Shown: positions 1 to 14,292 of the stretch, piece after piece | How the letters are laid out: the number at the start of each line of letters is the position of its first letter | Numbering within the stretch: the stretch's first letter is position 1 | Assembly (NCBI GenBank): GCA_964016885.1 | Contig: OZ024741.1 | Location: forward strand, 337,218,001 to 337,282,000 | DNA length: 64,000 bases | Source: Eledone cirrhosa | Taxonomy: Eukaryota | Direction: 5' to 3' | Position numbers and translations under genes: made by a program | Notes under the pieces: model-generated | What the model was told of the DNA's origin: nothing | The model's input: only the letters and a program-made list of their open reading frames with translations | Databases searched by the model: none

Positions 1-235
1 CTATACGAGTGAGACACGGTCACACGACCAATCTTACCTCAAATGGGACAATTCATGTCTAACCCATGCTAGCGTGGAAGATAGACGTTAAACGATGATA
101 ATGATGATGATATGTATATATATATATATATATACATAACATACATTGTTCTATAAATGTATATGTGTAATCCAAAAACAACAGTATAAAAATTAACCCC
201 AAAACATATATATAAAGATATATATATATATAAAG

Positions 236-300
<65 letters not shown>

Positions 301-505
301 CACTCATTACAGATACATAGACTCATATAGATATATGAGGGCCGACTGAATACGCACGTGTGTTTTTTTTCTCCCTAACCTTTTTCTCATTTTCCCTGTT
401 AAAACTCTCTTCCTGCTATTTCAAGCATTAAACTAATATATTTCTTCCATATAATGTGCCATTTGTTTTGTTATTTTCGTTGTTAATTTTACATACATAC
501 ACATT

Positions 506-577
<72 letters not shown>

Positions 578-1510
578 TATATATATAAATATATATATAT
601 AAGGATATATATATACATACATATATATATATATATATAAAAATCAACAAATATTGTTTACTTTATTTAACATATGGAAAATAAAGCGATTGTAAAGTAA
701 AATCCTTAAACAAGAGAATTGACTACAAAAGAAGGATTAATTCTATACCAGCCTTTGTCTTCCTTTTGTAAATGTGTTATAAATATTAAAATCTTATTTG
801 CAGCATTCTCTTCTTCCATCACTGCCTATTCCTCACTTACTCAAGAAATATTGCATCCAATTCAATATCAACACCATCGTTCCATGTGGAACGAAAGCTG
901 AAATAGTCATTGATGAAGGATTAGTGGCTGGCTGGTTGAGTACAAAACAGCTTTGTCAGATTTTAGTTGAATAACATTAAATAAAAAAAATTAAAAACAT
1001 ACAAACAAACAAAAAATATTCTAAAATATTTGAAAAACAAATCGAAGAAGCACAAACAAGAAACTAACATGAATTACGCCAATGACAAAGTGATGGGCGT
1101 CAACTTAACACCATTTAATCTTCAGAGAGAGAAAAAAACTTTCTATGTAGTTTTCCTATATTTTTTTTTTATTTTATTTCATTCTTTTTTTCTCCCACTC
1201 TCTCTCTCTCTCTTCCCCCCACCCCCACCACTTGTTATGTCTTAGTGCTTTATTATGTGTTTATATGTTTTTTTATTTGGGTTTTCTTTGTTGCTGTTGT
1301 TGTTGTTTGTTTTTTTCAAGAGAAATGTATGGTTGAAATGTGCAGCTGTGAATAGCAGGCATAGAGAAGGAGAGGGTGTTAAGGAAGCAGGCAATCTTAG
1401 TAAGCAGTTAAGTGACAGATAAAGAGCAAAGCAGATTGATATAAAAAAAAATGGTGGATGAGTGAGGAAGAGGAGAAATAAAGTTTAAAGAAACTTTTCC
1501 AGAGAAAAAA

Positions 1511-1597
<87 letters not shown>

Positions 1598-2262
1598 ATC
1601 CAGGATATGGATGGTAAAGAAAAGCAGAGGAAGAAATAGTTTCAGTGAAATGACCTACAGTTATTCCACTTTGTTAGCTTTAAGAAATAGTGTTGAACAA
1701 AGACATAATGGCGAGGCTATTTCACAAATACTATTAAAAATCATTTTATATTATTATTGGCAGTATCAGTAGAGGGTTGGATGCCATGCTTTGATGCATA
1801 GAGTTACCCTTGCTAATCTGAGTTAAAATCCCGCCAAGGTTAACTTTGCCTTTCATCCTTATGGGGGTCGATAAAATAGAGTACCAGTAATGCACTGGTT
1901 AATTGCTGATCTTGTGCCTAAATTAGAAACCATAATTATTACTATTATAATAGCCACTAGGGCCCAAGATATTTGGGAGAGTATAAGGGTGATACCCTAA
2001 GTATCAAATACTCTGGTGCATTATGGTCCACCTGGTTTCTTACCACATTTTCTGTTTATACATATGTATATACATATACATATATAGTGTTTGGAAGGGC
2101 ATCCAGCTGTAGAAATCAAGCCAAAATCAGTTCCCATATGAGCAAGACAAGGTCCCCGACTTGGCATCGCCCACAACAGGACAACCTGTCTAACCCATAC
2201 TAGCGTGGAAGAATGGACATAAAACGCTGATCATGATGATGATATATATATATATGTATATA

Positions 2263-2301
<39 letters not shown>

Positions 2302-2305
<4 letters not shown>

Positions 2306-2643
2306 TTTCATTATCATTTCATTTTACGTCCGCTTTTCCCTGCTTGCAAGGGTGGGATGGGAACTGATTCTGGCTTGATTTCTACAGCTGGATGCCCTTC
2401 CTAACACCAACCTCATTTACAGTGAGTGCTGGGTGCTTTTTTGCCGTGGCGCCTACACGTCCACTTTGCAGTGGAATGATAGGGAACCCAGTCCCTATCA
2501 TCTCATTTCTACAGCTGAGTAAACTGGAGCAATGTGAAATAAAGTGTCTTGCTCAAGGAAACAACACATCACCCGGTCTGAGAATTGAACTCACAACCTT
2601 TCGATTGCAAGGCCAATGCTCTAACCACTAAGTCATGTGCCCT
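2302..2643 (-). mobile_element. SINE family A copy
   Basis: Near-identical reverse complement of 24556-24890, within (TA)n. Confidence 0.88.
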
Positions 2644-2655
2644 CATATATATATA

Positions 2656-2779
2656 TAGGAACGAGTAGAACCCCGACAGCTGAGCTCAAGCCATTTCGAC
2701 GGCTAATTCTGGACTCATTAATCCAGAATTAGCCGTCGAAACGGCTTGAGCTCAGCCGTCGGGGTCCTACTCGTTCCTA
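2656..2779. repeat. Palindrome, 58-bp arms, 3 mismatches, 8-nt loop
   Basis: taggaacgagtag...ctgga ctcattaa tccag...ctactcgttccta. Confidence 0.92.
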
Positions 2780-2913
2780 TTACCCATTCTACTACGCTAA
2801 GTATTGAGTACTTTGGTGCGTTATGGTCCACCTGGTTCCTTACCACATTTCCTTTGTTATATATATATATATATATATGTGTATATATATATATATGTGT
2901 ATATATATATATA

Positions 2914-3614
<701 letters not shown>

Positions 3615-3920
3615 TGTGAAGACTAAAATCCAAAGAGAGCTCGATAAGGATAAATATATCAAATATATAAGAACCCTAGAGCAAATAGTTCAGAAGATCC
3701 CGTGAAAGGTGAAAGCAGCGATTCTTTGCTTAAACTTTAATCTGTTATTTTAATAAATATATATAAATATATGTAAATGTGGTTGGTGTTAGGAAGGGCA
3801 TCCAGACAGTCCTATGCGAGCAAGACAACCACTCTTGCCTCAAGTGGGAAAACCCCCGTCCAAACCCATGCAAGCGTGGAACACGGACGCTAAACCTGAT
3901 GATGATGATGATGATATATA

Positions 3921-4279
3921 TAGTTGTGCCCCAGTATTATCAAGGGGTTACATTCCTAGAGTAAAACGTGAAAAACTGCGAATATGGATGTGGTCCATAA
4001 AAATGCCTATAAAACCTATAAACGCCAAAATATAACATAAATATAATAAAAAAAGAGGGAGCATCTCATGTAATAGGGCGACAAATACGATATATTGTTA
4101 TTAATAATTTAGGGTTTAAAAAATATATATTTATATATTACCACGAAAAGAGCCATAAAAAATCACGGAAGATATTTACGATTCCGTGGATATGCAGTGG
4201 TTTCCATGAACAATTATTATTTTGGTTCTAAGGGAAATTCCACAAATAACTGGGACCACGAATGCCAGGGGTACACTGT
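3921..4279 (-). mobile_element. pogo/Tigger-like MITE, second copy
   Basis: Both ends match the reverse complement of 22146-22479. Confidence 0.65.
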
Positions 4280-4445
4280 ATATATATATATATATATAGT
4301 AATAATAATAAATGTGAAGACTAAAATCTGAAGAGGGCTCAATAAGGATAATATATATATCAAATATATAAAAACAATAGAGCAAATATTTAAAATAACA
4401 GATTAAAGTTTAAGCAAAGAATCGCTGCTTTCACCCTTAAAGGGT

Positions 4446-4494
4446 GTTTCAGAAGATCCCGTTAAGGGTGAAAGCAGCGATTCTTTGCTTAAAC
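4446..4494 (+). ncRNA. Hammerhead-like variant (CAGAAGA core)
   Basis: GTTT-CAGAAGA-T-CCC-GTTAA-GGG-T-GAA-AGCA-GCGATTCTT-TGCT-T-AAAC; a second copy at 3688-3735 has the same core. Confidence 0.55.
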
Positions 4495-4922
4495 TTTAAT
4501 CTGTTATTTTAATATATATATATTTATATCATCATCATCATCATCACCGTTTTACGTCCGTTCTTCCACGCTAGCATGGGTTAGACGGGTTGTCCTGTTG
4601 TGGGCAGTGTCTAGTTGGCTGACCATGCCTTGCTCATACAGGAACTGATTTGGCTTGATTTCTACAGCTGGATGACCTTCCTAACACCAACCTCATTTAC
4701 AGTGAGTGGTGGGTGCTTTTTCATGGCGCCTACACATATAAATATAAGTATAAATATATGGTGAGTAATATTAAATATTTCCCGGTTACTAGTATGAATA
4801 TAGTTCAATGTAATATAACAAGCATAATACAGAGTTGAAATGCAATGTATCTCATGATATGTATCCTCCAAATGTTCCTGAAGCAAAGTTTTGATCCTAT
4901 ATTTGTATTTAACTCTTGTAAA

Positions 4923-4969
4923 AACTCTGAAGATAGCTGCCTTGTGGTAGGATGAAACGGTCGTTAGTT
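4923..4969 (+). ncRNA. Type I hammerhead motif
   Basis: AACT-CTGAAGA-TAG-CTGCC-TTGT-GGTAG-GAT-GAA-AC-GGTC-GT-T-AGTT; base of stem II mismatched. Confidence 0.65.
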
Positions 4970-5014
4970 ATTAAATGTTTGAAAGATTAAATACTCTTTG
5001 ATTATTATTTGCAT

Positions 5015-5085
<71 letters not shown>

Positions 5086-5220
5086 ATTAATGAAACAGAG
5101 AAAGAGAGAGAGTTTGATTGTTTCTCTGTTTTTATGAAAGTTTTACATAGGTAAAAAGAAAGTTATTACATTACGATCAGAAACGATAACAGTTAAGTAA
5201 TATTTGTTAAAAAATATTAT

Positions 5221-6024
5221 TCAATCATCATCATCACAATCATCACCATCATCGACATCATCATCACCATCACCATCACCACCACCAACACCATCACCAC
5301 CATAACCATTATCACCCAAATCACCATCATCACTAACATCATCACCATCATCCTCACCATCATCACTATCACCAACGCCATCATCCTCACCATCATCACT
5401 ATCACCAACACCATCACCACTACCATCATCACCACCACCACCACCATCACCAACATAACCATTATCACCAAAATCACCATCATCACCAACATCATCACCA
5501 TCATCATCACCATCATTACCATCACGACCATAACCATTATCACCAATATCACCATCACTACCACCATCATCATCACCACCATCACCATCCTTGCCATCAC
5601 TATCACTACCATCACCATCATCATCACCACCATCACCAACCTTGCCATCACCATCACTACCATCACCATCATCATCACCACCATCACCATCCTTGCCATC
5701 ACCATCACTACCATCACCATCATCACCACCATCACCATCCTTGCCATCACCATCACTACCATCACCATCACCACATCACCATCCTTGCCATCACCATCAC
5801 TACCACCACCATCATCACCACCATCAGCATCCTTGCCATCACCATCACTACCATCACCATCATCATCACCACCATCACCATCCTTGCCATCACCATCACT
5901 ACCACCATCATCATCACCACCATCACCATCCTTGCCATCACTACCACCATCATCATCACCACCATCACCATCCTTGCCATCATCACCACCATTACTACCA
6001 CCATCATCATCACCACCACCATCA
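5221..6024 (+). repeat. Compound (CAT/CAC)n microsatellite with a 40-45 bp higher-order unit
   Basis: Recurrent CCATCCTTGCCATCACCATCACTACC from about 5585. Confidence 0.9.
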
Positions 6025-6387
6025 GTACACATCTATATGGAAGTTCTTATAGAAATCTGTTCCTTTGAAGCTTACAATGCAGAACAAACTGTCTCTTTTA
6101 AGAATAAGCTTTTTACTTAATGAAATGCATGATGGGAAGCAGTGCATATGTTTCTATTAATTAATAAGAATAGAAATTAGGATGAAAAGTAACGATAAAC
6201 ACTCTCGCAACACAGAAAATAGAAAGAAATAGAAGAGAGAAATAATACAGAATGCAAGAGCTGCATATGGTAGTATAGGCATCCTCATATAGTATTATAT
6301 AGCATATATACACATACATAGATAGTAAAACACATACACACACACACACACATATATATACACACACACACACACACACATATATAT

Positions 6388-6422
<35 letters not shown>

Positions 6423-6578
6423 CACACACACATATATATATATATACACACACACACATATATATATACACACACACACACATATATATATACACACACA
6501 CACACACACATATATATATACACACACACACACATATATATATACATACACACACACATATATATATATACACACACT

Positions 6579-6611
<33 letters not shown>

Positions 6612-6743
6612 CAAAGATATACACAGGCAATAAGAATAAGCATCCATTTCCCTTGCAAGCAGGGAAAAGCGGATGTAAAATGATGATGATGATGATGATG
6701 ATGATGATACAGTATTATATAGCATACATACATAGATGGCAAG

Positions 6744-6775
<32 letters not shown>

Positions 6776-6867
6776 TTATAAACAAAAGCAATAAGTATAA
6801 GCTTCCAATATACTCAAACACATATATATATATATATGTACATATATGTATATATGTATACACACAC

Positions 6868-6924
<57 letters not shown>

Positions 6925-7061
6925 AGTTATTCCGGGTTCAATCGGAGGTAACCACAGTAAGTAAGGTACTCAATACATAGCAGAGTATAAATGGTTTAAT
7001 ATAGAGGAGCTTCTACAGGACTAGAACTGTTTCATTCGTGAGAAATCATCAGTGGACAGTC

Positions 7062-7112
7062 AGCTTCCTAATGATTTCTCACGAATGAAACAGTTCTAGT
7101 CCTGTAGAAGCT
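7062..7112 (+). ncRNA. Type I hammerhead motif (G5A core mutation), same family as 49129-49179
   Basis: AGCTTC-CTAATGA-T-TTC-TCAC-GAA-T-GAA-ACAG-TTCTAGTC-CTGT-A-GAAGCT; the inverted copy at 7008-7052 (-) keeps CTGATGA but has lost the 5' strand of stem I. Confidence 0.75.
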
Positions 7113-7127
7113 TTTCTATATTAAAAA

Positions 7128-7186
<59 letters not shown>

Positions 7187-7263
7187 GATGGTAAGATATA
7201 TACACATGTATGTATACGTACATATATGGTAAGATACACACGCACTCACACACATACACACAT

Positions 7264-7308
<45 letters not shown>

Positions 7309-8280
7309 AACAATAAGTATAAGCATTCACATACAGTATTATATACCATGTGCACATACATAGATGGTAAGACACACACGCACACACACACACACACATA
7401 CACATACAAACAGATGTACATTGTCGAACACATAGATTGTAAGACATACATACACACTCACACATAGTATTGAATACATACATTGGCTGTGAAACATATA
7501 CACACAAAAACATACACACATAAGAAACACACACACAGATACAGACACAGACAATATACACAGACACACATACACACACATATACAGACACACACACATA
7601 CAAATACACACACAAACACTTATACAGAGTCATATACACAGACACACATACACAGACACATATACACATACACACATACACAGACACATATACACGCTTA
7701 CACAGACAAACACACATACATGCAAATACACACACAGATACATACACACATACAAACACATACACAGACACACATACACAGACACACTAACACAGAGACA
7801 CATACACAAACACACAGACACATACACAGACAAACACACATACATGCAAAGACACACACAGATACATACACACATACAAACACATACACAGACACACATA
7901 CACAGACACACTTACACAGAGACATATACACAAACACACATACACAGATGTCTATACACACATTCACAGACACACATGCAAATGCACACACAGATGTATA
8001 CACACATGTACACATATACACACATACCACATACACTTGTAAACACACATATACACCTTCACATATACAGACACACAATGAGCTCTGACAGCAATGCTTT
8101 GTTGAATTGTTCTTCAAAACATGAAAGTAAGTTTTGTTAATTAGTTTCCGATTCTACCTTTCAAATATGTATGTATGTAAGTAGGTACATATGTATGTAT
8201 ATATATATATATATCTGCGTGTGTGTGTGTGTGTGTATACATACATACACACATATATATGTATATATATATATATACAT

Positions 8281-8447
<167 letters not shown>

Positions 8448-9200
8448 ATATATTATATATATCTATGTATATATTATAAATATATACACACACACAAATA
8501 CATATATACATATTGGCATAAATGCTCACATTTAGACACACACACACATATATATATATATACATGCATACACATGTACATACATGCACATAATCAGACA
8601 GTAATGAGAGAGAAAGAGAGAGAAAGAGAAATGACAACAAAAGTATATACTGCAGAAGATCAACTGTATCTTTGTATACATTGTTAACCAGCAACCTTTA
8701 GATGTTTTGTTTCATATCAGAAACCATTTCCAAAGCTTTTTTACAAAATAAATATTTTTTTTTTTGCTTGTTTGTTTTTCCTTTTACCATTTATTATATG
8801 AAGAAGCAACAAGAAACTTTCAATGAATATAAATGTTTTCAAAAGATCTAAGACATTTTAAAATGTAATATCTTAATTTCTATGTGAGGTAATGGAGGGT
8901 CAAATATTCTAAGTTAAGGCAGCTTGGTAAGCAGTAAGAAAGGATTCTGTGCTGGATCAAACTGGAATATATATATTACTAATGAAGCTTATATCTTAAT
9001 GAGAGTGATATGTCGTTAAAAAGAAAAAAAAAAAAAAGAGGTAGCGCAATTGAAAGGTAATTTGGTGAGATTTTGATTACATTCTAAAATTTATGGTGTT
9101 TTTAAAAATGTTATTTTCTTTTTTTAATTTTCCTATTTTAAAGAAAAAAAATATTTCTAATGTTGTTTATTTTTTACATGCATATATGTGTGTCTGTGCA

Positions 9201-9277
<77 letters not shown>

Positions 9278-9319
9278 ATGTATATAAGTGTGAATGTGTG
9301 TGTGTATGTACTGTATATA

Positions 9320-9530
9320 CTGTATATACTCAAATATAAGCCGATCCGAATTTAAACCGACCACCACCCCAGATTTAAAGTCTAAGAAATGAGCAAAAAT
9401 CCAAACTCCATTTATAAGTCACAGCTAATCAACACATTCTTTAGATAGTGTATATATAAGCTGACCCCCAACATTTTACCACCAATTTTTTGGTCACATA
9501 TTCCTTAGCTTATATTCGTATATATAACAG
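9320..9530. mobile_element. Tc1/mariner-pogo-type MITE
   Basis: TA + CTGTATATACTCAAATATAAGC ... GCTTATATTCGTATATATAACAG + TA; similar copy at about 16165-16347. Confidence 0.6.
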
Positions 9531-9871
9531 TATATCTCAAACCCAGAGAGTTGCCAGGCTGGTGCTTATCTTGGTTACCTTGATGTTAACTGGCCGACAG
9601 TACAAGACTTCTTGCCAGTCCATCGCAGTGGTGCTCATTTTCAGCTGGGTGTACTGAGCAGCATGAAATGAGGTGCTTTATTCAAAAACCCAGTGTCACT
9701 TGGTTCCAAGAATCAAACCCAGCACACTATGATTGCAATTTCCAACACTTTAACCACTAGACTACATGCTTCACGCACACATACTCACCCACACACACAC
9801 ACATACATGTATGCATGGATATATATATATATATGTGTGTGGAAAATAAACATTAAATGGTCATGATGATA

Positions 9872-9935
<64 letters not shown>

Positions 9936-10059
9936 AAAATTTAGATAAATCAAATGAATTTAATCTAAATCAAAATTATGGGTGTCATGCCAGAAAGACA
10001 TGCGCCATATCACCCGCAAAATAAGCTCTAAGATTCTAACGAGTAGGTCCGAGCATTTT

Positions 10060-10304
10060 ATAATAACTAGAAATTGATTAACATATAAATAAACATGAAT
10101 AATCACAGGAGATAATTTTTACAAGTGTGTAAGCACACATAGCTAGGTAGGTAACTAAATAAAGTTGACCAGAACTTCAAAAATAGATACCTTATAATAT
10201 GATTAATTTTCCCTGGGAAGATTAATCATATTATAAGGTATCTATTTGTAAAAATTATCTCCTGTGATTATTCATGTTTATTTATATGTTAATCAATCTC
10301 TAGT

Positions 10305-10310
<6 letters not shown>
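10060..10310. repeat. Palindrome with an asymmetric 57-bp bulge
   Basis: 10060-10124 plus 10182-10213 mirror 10215-10310. Confidence 0.9.
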
Positions 10311-10348
<38 letters not shown>

Positions 10349-10489
10349 TCATCATCACTGTTTTACGTCCATTCTTCCATGCTAACATGGCTTAGACGGG
10401 TTGTCCTGTTGTGGGCAATGCCAGGTCAGGTGACCTTGTCTTGCTCATGGCTTGCTTTCTACAGCTGGATATCCTTTGTAACACCATAC

Positions 10490-10581
<92 letters not shown>

Positions 10582-10586
10582 AAATA

Positions 10587-10635
<49 letters not shown>

Positions 10636-10636
10636 G

Positions 10637-10720
<84 letters not shown>

Positions 10721-10812
10721 TATAAATATATATATATATATATATACACCCTTGCAAGCAGGGAAAAGCGAACGTAAAATGATGATGATCTGATGATCAT
10801 ATATATATATAT

Positions 10813-10876
<64 letters not shown>

Positions 10877-10920
10877 GGAATGAAGGAATAATCAATCGTC
10901 CTTTTTATCCTTTCTCTCTC

Positions 10921-10955
<35 letters not shown>

Positions 10956-11927
10956 ATATATACATCCAGCCCACTCTGTAAAGTGGTTGTGTAGGTGTCA
11001 TGACAAAAATCACCCAGCCCACACTGTAAAGTGGTTGTGTAAAAGACACAGTAAAAAGCACCCAGGACTCACTGTAAATGTGGTTGGCACTAGGAAGGGC
11101 ATCCAGATGTAGAAAATCAGCCAGAAACAGTCCTACATCAGCGAGACGTGTTCACCTGACCCAACTTGCCTCTAAATGGGACCAACCCATCGAACCAATG
11201 CCAGCATGGAAGAGGGACGTTAAACGATGATGAAGATGATACCAAGTTAAGGGGTCATAATATATATAATATGTATGATAATTATGTCTCTTGGAAGAAA
11301 AGCTCAATGGACGTTTGTCCAGAGCATCAATAGTTCAAATTACAAGATATATATATAGAGTGAGGGAGAGAGAGAAAGCTATATATTGTTAGAGAAACAC
11401 ATAGTGTTTTGTACATATATGTAAAAAGCATTATAATAGTTAGGAGAAAGTAGATAGTTCAATGTGGAAAAGTTCCTATGTTCCTTACAGTACCATTCAA
11501 TAATTAGTAAAACCAAGGCAAAAATCAATCTAAGTAATTGATTATCAATATCAATTTTGATAAACCATAGAAGACACAAAATTAATCGTCTTAGGATAAG
11601 TTAGAATAAAATACAAAAATACATTTATATCTGTTGGGTTACGAGAATTAGTCAATTTTCTATTCCCTATATTTCTATCTCTACGGGCATGAAAACACTG
11701 AGCTTAAATGTTCTCACTTGCAAGTTCTCTTCAAGTAACTCTATGCATAATTTTTTCTCATATATAATTAAGAATATATATATATATATATCATCTCATT
11801 TCTACAGCTGAGTAAACTGGAGCAATGTGAAATAAAGTGTCTTGCTCAAGGAAACAACACATCACCTGGTCTGAGAATTGAGCTCACAACCTTTCGATTG
11901 CAAGCCCAATGCTCTAACGATTAAGCC

Positions 11928-11985
<58 letters not shown>

Positions 11986-11986
11986 G

Positions 11987-12017
<31 letters not shown>

Positions 12018-12020
12018 ATA

Positions 12021-12343
12021 TGGCTTAATCGTTAGAGCATTGGGCTTGCAATCGAAAGGTTGTGAGCTCAATTCTCAGACCAGGTGATGTGTTGTTTCCT
12101 TGAGCAAGACACTTTATTTCACATTGCTCCAGTTTACTCAGCTGTAGAAATGAGATGATAGGGACTGGGTCCCTATCATTCCACTGCAAAGTCGTCGTGG
12201 AGGTGCCGCGGCAAAAAAGCACCCAGCACTCACTGTAAATGAGGTTGGTGCTAGGAAGGGCATCCAGCTGTAGAAATCAAGCCAGAATCAGTTCCCATCC
12301 CACCCTTGCAAGCAAGGAAAAGCGGACGTAAAATGATGATGAT
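12021..12343 (+). mobile_element. SINE family A copy (with inverted partial duplicate at 11791-11929)
   Basis: Same head, domain and tail, ending (GAT)n. Confidence 0.88.
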
Positions 12344-13475
12344 ATATATATTACTAATAATAATAAATGTGAAGACTAAGGGTGAAAGCTTTAACTTTAA
12401 TCTTTATTTTAATAAATATATATATATATGTGTGTGTGTGTTTATGCATAATTAATACAACCATATTGTTACTTCCTACTACTGTTTTGCACACACACAA
12501 ACATCATATATGTGTATATATATATATATGTACATACGCACATTACGAAGTGCACTTGTATGTACAATAAAGTTATATCTTAATATATGGCGGGTGGATA
12601 GCCAAATTTCCCTATAAATTGAAAAAAATAAAGAACACCATTAATTAATTTTTCAAAGCTAATTATTCTTTCATCAGGAAGTGCACTCAAAGAAATACAA
12701 GAAAAAATATATATTTGATGGTCATTTCTTTACCCTTTTGGTCAAAGTATTATTCTGAAATGGATGCAGAAATTTGCATATAATTAGTGCTTGTGTTAGT
12801 AATTAATTAAGATAAATATAATGAAGTGTGCTCTTTATATGGAAAATTGATGATAAGCGGTGATGATGATGATGGTATATATATACATATATATATGTAC
12901 ATATGTATATATACATATATATATATATTTGTTTTGCAAGGTTTTTGATATGAAATTGTGTGTCGAAACAAATATTGTTATACTTGGGGAGGGTCATATT
13001 GTTGTCATAATATTGCCAGAAATAAATTTGCCACGAGTGTGTTCTGTTATTAATTCTGGCAATATTATTACAACAATATGACCCTCCCAAAATATAACAA
13101 TATATATATATATTAATTATTTATTAAAATAACAGATAAATATTTGATATATATTTATCCTTATCGGGCCCTTTTTGGATTTTAGTCTTCACATTTTTAT
13201 TATTACTATATCATCATCATCATCTATATATATATCTAATGTTTGTTGAGTGAGATGGGAGTTGGTCGGAGTATCGCTAAATGCTTTCTCTGTTAATGTA
13301 TTTAAGTATATATATATATATATTTATAGGAATATATTTGTCTTTAAAGAGTTGAAACGTCCAAGACACCCAGTACACAACTGATGAGGACCCCTCCCCC
13401 CATTCTTGCTTTCTTCTTATTCTTATTCCATTTTAAGCCTAACTTAACTAGCAACTACACAGCCAATCCTATTCC

Positions 13476-13525
<50 letters not shown>

Positions 13526-13859
13526 GGATCATCATCATCACCGTTTTACGTCCGTTCTTCCACGCTAGCATGGGTTAGACGAGTTGTCCTGTTGTGGGCA
13601 GTGTCTGGTCGGCCGACCATGCCTTGCTCATACAGGAACTGATTTTGGGTTGATTTCTACAGCTGGATGCCCTTCTTAACACCAACCTCATTTACAGTGA
13701 GTGCTGGGTGCTTTTTCCATGGCGCCTACATGTCCACTTTACAGTTGCGGCTGGGTGCTTTTTTGCCGTGACACCTCCACAACCACCTTAGAGTGGGAGG
13801 GTGTGGGGGCATATATATTTATATATATATTTATATATTTATATATATACATATATATA

Positions 13860-13985
<126 letters not shown>

Positions 13986-14141
13986 AATATACATGGGTGT
14001 GTATGATTGTGTATAGAAGATTATATTAATAAGAGGAATTCCAACTTTGTCTGATTTACTCGTTTTATTTACAATCCTTTAAAATATATAATGGTATTAT
14101 AATGAAATAGTATGATAGAATATTAAATTCTAAGTGTTAAT

Positions 14142-14180
14142 TGAACAAGTACTTTCATGCTTTCGCAATCTTCAGGTTCA
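14142..14180 (-). ncRNA. Type I minimal hammerhead motif (exact inverted copy of 14254-14292)
   Basis: Reverse complement identical to the + strand copy within a perfect palindrome. Confidence 0.8.
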
Positions 14181-14253
14181 TAATATGTGGTGACAGTCAA
14201 GTTTGCAATTTTCAACAGTTGAAAATTGCAAACTTGACTGTCACCACATATTA

Positions 14254-14292
14254 TGAACCTGAAGATTGCGAAAGCATGAAAGTACTTGTTCA
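14254..14292 (+). ncRNA. Type I minimal hammerhead ribozyme motif
   Basis: TGAAC-CTGAAGA-T-TGC-GAAA-GCA-T-GAA-AG-TA-CT-T-GTTCA: stem I TGAAC/GTTCA, stem II with GAAA tetraloop, palindromic stem III, CUU cleavage triplet. Confidence 0.8.

Noticed and set aside
5217-6120. Gly/Asp-, Met/Val-, His- and Pro/Ser-rich ORFs
   Set aside because: Open in several frames because of (CAT/CAC)n repeats; no splice or homology support.
12640-12682. Minus-strand CTGATGA-AAG..CTT-T-GAAA
   Set aside because: Stems I and III do not pair convincingly.
13381-13400. CTGATGAGG hammerhead start (also at 49017)
   Set aside because: No matching stem II-GAAA downstream.
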